In this document: positions 38,681 to 46,672 of the stretch, piece after piece
How positions within the stretch are numbered: the first letter of the stretch is position 1
Layout of the letters: each line of letters starts with the position of its first letter
Assembly (NCBI GenBank): GCA_944389265.1
Contig: CALXLS010000001.1
Location: 82,359-146,358, forward strand
DNA: 64,000 bases
Reading direction: 5' to 3'
DNA from: an uncultured Alphaproteobacteria bacterium
GTDB taxonomy: Bacteria > Pseudomonadota > Alphaproteobacteria > Rs-D84
The notes under the pieces: model-generated
Seen by the model: the letters and a program-made list of their open reading frames with translations, nothing else
Told to the model about the DNA's origin: nothing
The model's database searches: none
Position numbers and translations under genes: made by a program

Positions 38681-40003
38681 GTTATTCTTTAAATCTTCAA
38701 ATGCCTTGGTCATTGTCGGATTATTCTTGGTCAGTTTTTTTATCGTCAAATCTTGCGCCTTGTTATTCGCCAAACGCAAATTGGTTTCAGAACTCAACAA
38801 TGCTTCTTTGGTCTTTTGCAAATGATCTATGGTTTTATCTATTTCATCTATCGCCTTTTTAAACCGTTCACTGGCACGCATATAATTCTGACCGAACTTT
38901 TCTTTAAACTCATTCATTTCTTTTTCAAAATTAGAAACATCAATATTCGCCTGTTTATATTCCGCAATCTGTTGCTTATATTTAACAGAATTCAATGCCG
39001 CATCTCGCAATAATGTTATTATCGGAATAAAGCACTGCGGACGCACAACATACATTTTCTTATATTTGTATGAAACGTCAACTATACCAGCATTGTACAA
39101 TTCATTATCTTGTTCCAGTAAAGAAACTAAAACCGCATATTCACAATTCTTTTCATTACGGTCTTTGTCCAATTCTTTGAAAAAGTCCTCGTTTTTATGC
39201 TTGCTTGCCGTTGTATCCATTTCGTTTTTCATTTCAAACATTATGGATATAAACTCCGTCCCGTCTTCGGCATAATCACGAAATATAAAATCCCCCTTAC
39301 TGCCAGTTTTTGCATCATTATCTTTTTCAAAGCGTGCCTTTGAAAACGCGGTTGCACGCAACTTATTAAATTCTATACTGCAATGCTGTTCCAATGTTTC
39401 ACCTACCATCTTGGTAGACATTCTTGTTTTTAAATCTTTGTATAAAGCTATTTCTGCATCTTTGGTTTTTAACTGTGCATCATAGTCGCTTTTTAACTTT
39501 TGTTGTGCTAATTCGTTGTCCTTTTCTTTGTCTTTTACATCGTTTTGCAACTGCGCAATAAGTTTTTCTTTTTCAAACAGTTCTTCCTTGGATTTGTTAA
39601 CTGCGTCTTTAACGGCAATTTCTTTGTCCTTTTCACTGGCTTCAACACGAGCCTTAAATGCTTCTATTTGTTTTGTTAACTCTGCAATTTCTTTGTCTTT
39701 ATTATTCTGAACCGTTGCAATTTGCAATTTGATTTCTGTGTCTTTGCTTTTATTTGCGGCATCTATTTTAGACTTTAATTCGGCAATTTCCTGATTTAAC
39801 TGTGCAACTGTCTTTTCTTTTTCTTGCTCTGCTTTTGATTCAGCAAGTTTTATTTCCGTCTGCTTTTCTTTTTCGAATTGTGCCAAACGTTCGTGCAAGT
39901 CTTTATGAAACTGCTCGTCACGAACCTGGGCAACAATCGCAGAATACCCAGATTCATCAACTGTAAAAACCGTACCGCACTTTGGACATTTTATTTCTGA
40001 CAT
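38678..40003 (-). CDS. DUF2130-family protein: N-terminal zinc ribbon, long coiled coil and a C-terminal nuclease-like globular domain
   Basis: [23 protein letters not shown] (CxxC zinc ribbon); about 200 aa of EKEK-rich heptads; C-terminal …[25 protein letters not shown]…, characteristic of the DUF2130 architecture. Confidence 0.5.
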   Translation of the reverse strand: MSEIKCPKCGTVFTVDESGYSAIVAQVRDEQFHKDLHERLAQFEKEKQTEIKLAESKAEQEKEKTVAQLNQEIAELKSKIDAANKSKDTEIKLQIATVQNNKDKEIAELTKQIEAFKARVEASEKDKEIAVKDAVNKSKEELFEKEKLIAQLQNDVKDKEKDNELAQQKLKSDYDAQLKTKDAEIALYKDLKTRMSTKMVGETLEQHCSIEFNKLRATAFSKARFEKDNDAKTGSKGDFIFRDYAEDGTEFISIMFEMKNEMDTTASKHKNEDFFKELDKDRNEKNCEYAVLVSLLEQDNELYNAGIVDVSYKYKKMYVVRPQCFIPIITLLRDAALNSVKYKQQIAEYKQANIDVSNFEKEMNEFKEKFGQNYMRASERFKKAIDEIDKTIDHLQKTKEALLSSETNLRLANNKAQDLTIKKLTKNNPTMTKAFEDLKNN

Positions 40004-40166
40004 ATCTATACCTCTATAGTAATGTTTATTTTCTTAGAAAATAACAATAACAGATTTAAATACAATAAAAATATTTTTACTTTTTTATTTTCTGCATACC
40101 CGCAAATTTTTCATATTGTGTTTTTTACTGTTTATGATAATTTGTTTTTTAACAAGAGGTTATTAT

Positions 40167-40706
40167 ATGGCATTGGATACAGATACTTTTGACTCGTTAA
40201 AAAAAGAATATCAATTTAAGTCTGGGACCGAAAATTGGCATCCGGTAATTATAGACGGCAAAGAAATTTCTGATGCTTATGTCGGCATAAGTGGGACAGT
40301 TATTTATACCCCCGGAAAACAAATATTGCCAGGAACCAAACTGACCGATAACGAATATTCAAAATATGCCTTGCCTACAAAATTAAATACTTCTTGTCTA
40401 TTAGAGATTGTATTAAACGGACAAACTTTACCAGTTCATCGTATTGTTGCAGAAACTTTTTTGGAATTGTGCTTTATCTACACACCTGAAGAAATACTAA
40501 AAAAACCAGAAAGAGCCAAAAGCAACTTGGAAGAACTTTTAAAAAACAACACTCAAAAAGGTTGGGTTATTCATCATAAAGATAACAACGCAAATAATAA
40601 TAGCGTACCTAATTTAGTATGGCTAACCGAAGAAGATCACACAAAAACTCATCCTAATAAAACTTTTCTTATAAAAAATAAAAAACTATGTAAATCACAT
40701 ATATAA
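40167..40706 (+). CDS. HNH homing-endonuclease-like protein (NUMOD4-like N-terminus plus HNH_3-type C-terminus)
   Basis: AAGAGG SD. N-terminal ENWHPVIIDG…YVGISGTVIY (NUMOD4-like). C-terminal VIHHKDNNANNNSVPNLVWLTEEDHTKTH (HNH His/Asn signature). Confidence 0.55.
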   Translation: MALDTDTFDSLKKEYQFKSGTENWHPVIIDGKEISDAYVGISGTVIYTPGKQILPGTKLTDNEYSKYALPTKLNTSCLLEIVLNGQTLPVHRIVAETFLELCFIYTPEEILKKPERAKSNLEELLKNNTQKGWVIHHKDNNANNNSVPNLVWLTEEDHTKTHPNKTFLIKNKKLCKSHI

Positions 40707-40811
40707 TGAAAAGATTTAATCCGTATACGACAAAATTGGTCGCATCTATAAATCCCAACTTTACAAGAAAGTATTAATTTATAAAATCTTTATTGTAAAA
40801 GAGGTATTTAT

Positions 40812-41600
40812 ATGAATCAGCGGTCAAAAATGCAACCATATTCATTAAGTAAAATTCTTCAAAATTCAGATTTTGTATCACCTGAATATAAACTACCAAT
40901 AATTATAGGGAAAGATATATCTGATAAAATTGTCTATTATGATTTAAATAAATTATCAAGGATATTAATAGCAGGTCGTGAAAAAACAGGAAAAACAAAT
41001 TTAATAAAATTAATTATCTCATCTCTAATTGCGGGAAATACTGCTAATCAGTGTAAACTTGCGATAATAAATTCAAACAACGATGATTACGAAGAATTTA
41101 AAAATATTCCTCATCTTTTTTGTCCCATTGTTAAATCCGGAGCCGAAGAATCTAAAAATGTTCTAGAACTACTGATAACAGAACTAAATAATAGACGCAT
41201 AAAAATTCGTCAGCACAATGTAAAAAATATATCTGAATATAACAAAATACCTTCTGAAAAAATACCTTACTTAGTTATAATAATCGATGATTTTTCTGAT
41301 TTATATACAACACTTCCCCAAAAATTTGAGAATTTTATACAACAAATATCTACTTTTGGGTGCAGTGTCGGAATTCATATAATTATATCTACCAAGCACA
41401 TAACCGAACAAAATTGCACAGATTTTATTAGTGCAAGTTTTACAACACATATAGCGTTTAAAACAAGTACAGCACAAGAATCCGAACTGATAACCTGGAC
41501 CCCAGAAGCGGCAAATCTACAAGAACAACACGATATCTTATTAATCGAAACTGCTAAACCCGCTATACATATAAAAACAAACCTTTTCATTGAAAGCTAA
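40812..41600 (+). CDS. Stand-alone FtsK/SpoIIIE-type motor-domain ATPase (262 aa; no membrane or gamma domains)
   Basis: AAGAGG SD. Collinear with the FtsK alpha/beta core: Walker A ILIAGREKTGKTN, …NIPHLF…, Walker B PYLVIIIDDFSDL, …SVGIHIIISTKHIT…. Confidence 0.55.
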   Translation: MNQRSKMQPYSLSKILQNSDFVSPEYKLPIIIGKDISDKIVYYDLNKLSRILIAGREKTGKTNLIKLIISSLIAGNTANQCKLAIINSNNDDYEEFKNIPHLFCPIVKSGAEESKNVLELLITELNNRRIKIRQHNVKNISEYNKIPSEKIPYLVIIIDDFSDLYTTLPQKFENFIQQISTFGCSVGIHIIISTKHITEQNCTDFISASFTTHIAFKTSTAQESELITWTPEAANLQEQHDILLIETAKPAIHIKTNLFIES

Positions 41601-41653
41601 ACAAATATAAAAGGTTATAATCTATATGGTTATGCTATGGCCATTTTTGTATT

Positions 41654-41989
41654 TTATTTTTGCTCTAGATAATTAACTTTTTTACCTGTTTTTATGGCAT
41701 ATTCTATTTCGGATTTAGTTGCTTCACCAATATACCCACCAACATTTATAACAAAAATTTCATCCGCCATATCTATTTTTCTTTTATGCATATCGCCCAA
41801 CATTTTTATTTTTTCATGAACTGTATCTTCATCCATACCTTCCCAAATACATTCATTACCAGATTGATTAAAAAACAAAGGTGAAAGAACTATATTACCC
41901 GCCAAAGACAACAGGTTTTGCACACGTTTAAAATCATCTTTAAATTTTGAAGAACCACATAATGTTATAACTTTATATTTGCCCTGCAT
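41654..41989 (-). CDS. Small Rossmann-like protein resembling nucleoside 2-deoxyribosyltransferase-like families (DUF1937/DUF4406 type)
   Basis: KVITLCGSSKF … DEIFVINVGGYIGEATKSEIEYAIKTGKKV: an NDT-like arrangement in which a Glu follows the Gly-rich strand. Pattern-level only. Confidence 0.3.
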   Translation of the reverse strand: MQGKYKVITLCGSSKFKDDFKRVQNLLSLAGNIVLSPLFFNQSGNECIWEGMDEDTVHEKIKMLGDMHKRKIDMADEIFVINVGGYIGEATKSEIEYAIKTGKKVNYLEQK

Positions 41990-42096
41990 TTATTCGCCTT
42001 TTCTGTAAGTGCCTATCAGTATAAAAAAATATAAATATAATAACAACAGGAAATGAGCATTTCGGGGTGTTTCTTTTTCTGGTGGAACATAAATGC

Positions 42097-42591
42097 TTAA
42101 TTATTAAATAAGTTAAATTCTTGGTGTCTGCGGTTACTTAAACCTGGCATTTCCCTGCCACCAGATTTATTCCATGCTTTCCAAGCAGATTCTAATGTTG
42201 GGTATTTTGAGTTATGATAATTTGAATCATTTACGTATTTTACAACGGTAGAACCAGCGAAGTTTTTTGCACCTATGTTATATGCCAAAGATACCAGTGC
42301 GTCATATTGATTTTGAGATAGCGGGACAGTTATATTATCTTTAACTGCCTGTTCTGCCGTTGATATATCCAAGCGCAATATTTCGGTCGCTTGTCTTTCT
42401 GTGATACCATTTTTAAAATCTTCGCCCGACTTTATTAAATGACCATAACCAATTGTTGCGCCCTTGGGTAATTCTTCGTCTAATTTTACAGGTCTTCCTG
42501 TTTTATCATCGTAAATAACATGCATGTCACCGATTTTAACACTACCTTCAAATCGTTTTAACATCTTTATACCATTATCGCTGATTTTCAT
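42097..42591 (-). CDS. Phage-type lysozyme (glycoside hydrolase family 24)
   Basis: From the internal ATG: MKISDNGIKMLKRFEG(catalytic E)…YDD…TIGYGH…ITERQATEIL…LSQNQYDALVSLAYNIG…GL.NRR, the T4/P22-lysozyme signature. The 47-codon N-terminal extension in the track is not credible. Confidence 0.75.
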   Translation of the reverse strand: MKISDNGIKMLKRFEGSVKIGDMHVIYDDKTGRPVKLDEELPKGATIGYGHLIKSGEDFKNGITERQATEILRLDISTAEQAVKDNITVPLSQNQYDALVSLAYNIGAKNFAGSTVVKYVNDSNYHNSKYPTLESAWKAWNKSGGREMPGLSNRRHQEFNLFNN

Positions 42592-42757
42592 ATTATTGAC
42601 CTTATTTTCATGAATAAAAAATCCCGCGATTGCGGGATAAAAAAATACGGCATCTGCCGTCCTATATTTCGTATGCGAATTATACCATAAAACACGAAAA
42701 AAATCAACACAGAAAAAAAATAAACCCCACAAAATTCTTGTGGGGTTTATTTATTCC

Positions 42758-42771
42758 TGGCGGATGGGGAG
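42758..42771. repeat. 14-bp direct repeat of the tRNA-Ser 3' end (att-like)
   Basis: TGGCGGATGGGGAG at 42758-42771 is identical to the 3' terminus of the tRNA-Ser gene at 42930-42943. The sequences diverge immediately afterwards. Confidence 0.5.
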
Positions 42772-42929
42772 TATTCCCTCGCCCGCTGATAGCGGGTCTG
42801 TGGGGCATTCATGACGTTTCGCCCGCACGTTGTTTGGCTCAACTACTCATTGTCGACCCCTGGGGTTCTCATCCGACCACAGACACATAAAAATAAAAAA
42901 TACCCCTGTTGGGGTGTTTTTTATTTTTA

Positions 42930-43019
42930 TGGCGGATGGGGAGGGATTCGAACCCCCGGTGGAGTTGCCCCCACAACGGTTTTCAAGACCGCCGCATTCG
43001 ACCGCTCTGCCACCCATCC
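42930..43019 (-). tRNA. tRNA-Ser (anticodon TGA), type II
   Basis: Reverse complement GGATGGGTGGCAGAGCGGTCGAATGCGGCGGTCTTGAAAACCGTTGTGGGGGCAACTCCACCGGGGGTTCGAATCCCTCCCCATCCGCCA: anticodon loop CTTGAAA, long variable arm, encoded CCA. Confidence 0.85.
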
Positions 43020-43112
43020 GAAACTCTTTTTACCGACGGTCTTTCAACCTACGGGTACTTTTAGCGCTTACAACTATAACCTATCAGATATCCTTTTTCA
43101 AGCCTTTTATTC

Positions 43113-43913
43113 TTATATCTTCTTCCTTATCGAATATAAAAATAAACCCAATCCACATGCAAACATTATTCCAGACAATAACTGCCCCATCGTTAAACCC
43201 CAACTTGTCAAAAATCCTATCTGAATATCCGGTGCGCGAAACTGCTCGCACCCTATTCTGAACACTGCATACAACATACCAAGAATTCCACCCAGTGCAC
43301 CTGGATACTTACGCAACTTTGTATACTTATACAAACAATACATTATTATAAATAACAAAATACCTTCGGTTACAGCCTCGTACAAAGGACTTGGGTGGCG
43401 CGGAATTTCACCATACCCATTAAACACTACCCCCCATGGCATATCTGTCGGACGCCCCATTACTTCCATATTTATAAAGTTTGCTATCCTTCCAAAAAAC
43501 AAACCTATCGGTGCAATAACTGCTAAAACATCTAATATTCTTAAAGCGTTCTGGTTCTCTTTCTTGGCAAATAATAAAGTCGCAATTATTACCCCTATTA
43601 GCCCACCATGGAAACTCATTCCTCCGTGCCATACCGCAAATATCTCTAATGGATGCGCAATAAAAAATGATAAGTTATAAAATAGTACATACCCCAGACG
43701 ACCACCTAATATAACACCCAAAATTATATAAGTTAACAAATCATCTATTTGCTTTTTGGATAACGTCACATTTTCGTCTTTGCCCGTCATAAAATAACGA
43801 AATGCAAAATACCCAATAACAAATGCCGCAATATATGCCAACGCATACCAACGTATGTCTAAACCAAAAACGCTAAATGCAACAGGTGATATAGGTTCTA
43901 TATTTATAGCCAT
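43113..43913 (-). CDS. lgt: Prolipoprotein diacylglyceryl transferase
   Basis: Polytopic membrane protein with Lgt motifs (…FGLDIRWYALAYI…, HGGMSFHGGLIG, GRIANFINMEV…). Confidence 0.8.
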   Translation of the reverse strand: MAINIEPISPVAFSVFGLDIRWYALAYIAAFVIGYFAFRYFMTGKDENVTLSKKQIDDLLTYIILGVILGGRLGYVLFYNLSFFIAHPLEIFAVWHGGMSFHGGLIGVIIATLLFAKKENQNALRILDVLAVIAPIGLFFGRIANFINMEVMGRPTDMPWGVVFNGYGEIPRHPSPLYEAVTEGILLFIIMYCLYKYTKLRKYPGALGGILGMLYAVFRIGCEQFRAPDIQIGFLTSWGLTMGQLLSGIMFACGLGLFLYSIRKKI

Positions 43914-43915
43914 TT

Positions 43916-44140
43916 TTATATTTCTTTATATGGAGATAAATTGGCAACTATTTCCATCTGTTTAATTAATCTTTTACTATTAGGTGATTCCGTCTTCATC
44001 ATTTCTCTTAAAGCAGCCTCTGCATCTTTATATTTTTCATGAAGTTGCATCTTTGCCAAATTAGCATCTGCTTTTAAGTCGGCTTTTGGCCCTATTTGTT
44101 GAGTACGTAATCTTCTTGCTTTTTCCATTTTTGTTGGCAT
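43916..44140 (-). CDS. Hypothetical small basic protein, co-transcribed with lgt
   Basis: AAGGA SD; 74 aa; its stop abuts the lgt start. Confidence 0.35.
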   Translation of the reverse strand: MPTKMEKARRLRTQQIGPKADLKADANLAKMQLHEKYKDAEAALREMMKTESPNSKRLIKQMEIVANLSPYKEI

Positions 44141-44218
44141 AAAATTATCCTTATCGTTTCGTCTTGAATTAATGCTTTTATTGTATTATATATTTGTATA
44201 ACTAACAAGGAGAAATAA

Positions 44219-44962
44219 ATGGCAGTAAAAAGTATTGCACTAAAAACTAAAGCAGATACTTCTAAACACGGGTCCAAACAATCTGGCGGTATTGAATTAT
44301 ATCTGAAACGCATATTTGCATTAATGTTCGGTGCAGTTGGTGTCACCGCACTGGCTTCTTTTATAACAATGGCCACACCTTTATGGACATTATTGTTTAC
44401 AGCAAACGGGCTTTCCGCTTTTTATTATATTCTATTATTCGGTGGATTGGCTTTATCTATATGGGCACAAGTTCGTGCATTCAGTTTTAAACCGTCAACG
44501 GGTATGTTGTTATTATTCTTATATGCAGCATTAATCGGTATCGTTATGACACCTTTGTTGTTAGTTGCGGTCACAAATAACCCTTATACAATCTTGTCTG
44601 CGTTTATAATCGCTGCGGTTATGTTTGCTTGCATGGCTCTGTTCGGTTATAAAACAGTAAAAGATTTGTCTTTTATGGGCATTTTCTTGATGATGGGTAT
44701 GATTGGCTTAATATTGGTCGGTATTGCTTCCTTTATATGGCCAGCATTGTTAGGTGGCACATTTGGCACAATTGTCTGCTTTATCGGTGTGTTGGTCTTT
44801 GCTTTGTTTACCGCTTATGATATGCAGAATTTAAAACGTGCATATGCGGTCATTGGCGATGAAACACAAAAGAATCAATTGGCAGTATTGGGTGCTTTGC
44901 ATCTATACATATCTTTTGTAGCAATGTTCCAATATCTGTTAAGTTTGCTTAATAGAGATTAA
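44219..44962 (+). CDS. Bax-inhibitor-1/YccA-family membrane protein
   Basis: AAGGAG SD. Seven predicted TM helices. The charged C-terminal end and overall BI-1-like pattern. Confidence 0.6.
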   Translation: MAVKSIALKTKADTSKHGSKQSGGIELYLKRIFALMFGAVGVTALASFITMATPLWTLLFTANGLSAFYYILLFGGLALSIWAQVRAFSFKPSTGMLLLFLYAALIGIVMTPLLLVAVTNNPYTILSAFIIAAVMFACMALFGYKTVKDLSFMGIFLMMGMIGLILVGIASFIWPALLGGTFGTIVCFIGVLVFALFTAYDMQNLKRAYAVIGDETQKNQLAVLGALHLYISFVAMFQYLLSLLNRD

Positions 44963-44986
44963 TTTACATAAAAAACGGAGAAAAAA

Positions 44987-45169
44987 ATGGCTTATAAAAT
45001 TGACCCCGCAAAATGTATCGGATGTCACACTTGCATGGGTGCATGTCCAGTTATGGCAATTTCAACAGGCGCAGATGGTAAATGTGTAATCGACCCTGCA
45101 AAATGTATGTCTTGCGGAACTTGCGCTGCAGTATGCCCAGTTGCGGCAATTGCACCAGATGCAAAATAA
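44987..45169 (+). CDS. 2x[4Fe-4S] ferredoxin
   Basis: Two CxxCxxCxxxCP motifs (CIGCHTCMGACP; CMSCGTCAAVCP); 60 aa. Confidence 0.8.
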   Translation: MAYKIDPAKCIGCHTCMGACPVMAISTGADGKCVIDPAKCMSCGTCAAVCPVAAIAPDAK

Positions 45170-45281
45170 TAAAAAATAACTATTAACGGGGCTGAAGCCC
45201 CGTTTTTTATTTGTCGTATTATTTATTGCAAAAAACTAAAATCTGTTTAATATATACCCTGTAACATTTAGGGGTAGAAAA

Positions 45282-46643
45282 ATGCCAGCAAAAACTATTA
45301 ATGATATTGTTGCTTTATGCAAAAGACGCGGTTTTATTTTCACAGGTTCTGAAATATATGGCGGTTTAGGTGGTGCTTATGATTACGGCCCATATGGCGT
45401 AGAATTAATGAAAAATATTCGTAACGCTTGGTGGAACGCCATGATTTATTCCCGCAATGATATTGAAGGTTTGGACGCGGCTCTTATAAGTAACCGATTA
45501 CTTTGGAAATATTCTGGTCACGAAAGCAGTTTTTCTGACCCACTGGTTGAATGCAAGAAATGCGGTGCACGTATGCGCCAGGATAAAATGAAAGACCCAA
45601 CAAAATGCGACAACTGTGGCAGTACAGAAATCACGGAACCACGCGCATATCAATTAATGATGGGGCTTTCCATTGGTGCAACAGCAGACGGTGTAATTAA
45701 CGCTTATCTGCGCCCAGAAACGGCAACTACAACTTATGTTAATTTCAAAAACGTATTAGATGCTAAACCTCATAAACTACCTTTCGGTATCGCTCAAATC
45801 GGTAAAGCGTTTAGAAATGAAATTTCCCCACGTGGTTTTGTCTTCCGTATGCGTGAATTCGAACAAGCAGAAATGCAATACTTCGTTAGACCAGACGAAG
45901 ACGAAAAGTATTTCGAAATGTGGAAAGAAATTCGTACTGCTTGGTGGATAAATGCTCTTGGCATTCCAGCAGAAAAATTACGTTTTACCCCACATGAAAA
46001 ACTTGCGCACTACGCAAAAGCAGCAGGTGATATTGAATATGCTTTCCCAGACGGTTTTGACGAAGTAGAAGGTATACACAACCGTCAAGACTTTGACTTG
46101 GGTTCTCATACAAAAGCACAAGATGAATTTAATATTCACGCAAATGTCATGGAAAACAAAGATAGTACAACAAAATTATCTTACAGCGACCCACAAACTG
46201 GCGAAAGCTTCATACCATATGTAATTGAAACTGCCATGGGTGTTAATCGTGCTATGTTGGCCGTTATGCTGGAAGCATATACAGAAGAAGAATTGCCAGA
46301 TGGTAAAAGCCGTCTTGTGTTAAAACTTAAACCATGGCTGGCACCTGTAAAAGCAGCGGTTATCCCATTAGCCAGGAACGTACCTGAGTTATTAGATATC
46401 GCTAATGATATCGAAAACTCTTTACGCAAATTAAATATAGGTCGTATCGAATTAGAAAACTCAGGAAACATTGGTAAGAACTATCGTAGACACGATGAGA
46501 TTGGTACACCAGTCTGCATAACCGTCGACCATCAAACATTGGAAGACCATACTGTAACCTTGCGTCATCGTGACACTATGGAACAAGAACGCATAGATAT
46601 CGCAGACGTATCTAAACGTGTACTAGAAATAATAAACCAATAA
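45282..46643 (+). CDS. glyQS: Glycine--tRNA ligase, homodimeric alpha2 (GlyQS/eukaryote-like) type
   Basis: LCKRRGFIFTGSEIYGGLGGAYDYGPYGVELMKNI…, YLRPETATTTYVNFKNVLD…KLPFGIAQIGKAFRNEISPR…FRMREFEQAEMQYF. Collinear with Thermus/Staphylococcus GlyQS. Confidence 0.85.
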   Translation: MPAKTINDIVALCKRRGFIFTGSEIYGGLGGAYDYGPYGVELMKNIRNAWWNAMIYSRNDIEGLDAALISNRLLWKYSGHESSFSDPLVECKKCGARMRQDKMKDPTKCDNCGSTEITEPRAYQLMMGLSIGATADGVINAYLRPETATTTYVNFKNVLDAKPHKLPFGIAQIGKAFRNEISPRGFVFRMREFEQAEMQYFVRPDEDEKYFEMWKEIRTAWWINALGIPAEKLRFTPHEKLAHYAKAAGDIEYAFPDGFDEVEGIHNRQDFDLGSHTKAQDEFNIHANVMENKDSTTKLSYSDPQTGESFIPYVIETAMGVNRAMLAVMLEAYTEEELPDGKSRLVLKLKPWLAPVKAAVIPLARNVPELLDIANDIENSLRKLNIGRIELENSGNIGKNYRRHDEIGTPVCITVDHQTLEDHTVTLRHRDTMEQERIDIADVSKRVLEIINQ

Positions 46644-46672
46644 AAAAGCGCCCTGAAAAGGGCGTTTTTTAT
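46644..46672. terminator. Bidirectional terminator
   Basis: AAAAAAGCGCCC-TGAAAA-GGGCGTTTTTT. Confidence 0.5.

Noticed and set aside
42591-42732. 47-codon N-terminal extension of the lysozyme ORF (MWGLFFFCVDFF…)
   Set aside because: Hydrophobic junk overlapping a terminator hairpin (42616-42645). The conserved GH24 N-terminus starts at MKISDNGIKMLKRFEG.
42758-42900. Possibility that the structured element after tRNA-Ser is tmRNA, SRP RNA or 6S RNA
   Set aside because: There is no tag-peptide frame (…ANDxxxAA), no TΨC-like GGTTCGA loop, and no SRP domain-IV GGAA/AGCAGC motifs. It is left as unclassified.
42811-43261. ORFs 42811-43224 and 42830-43261 (+)
   Set aside because: They run straight through the minus-strand tRNA-Ser gene and into the lgt coding region on the opposite strand. 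They are artefacts.
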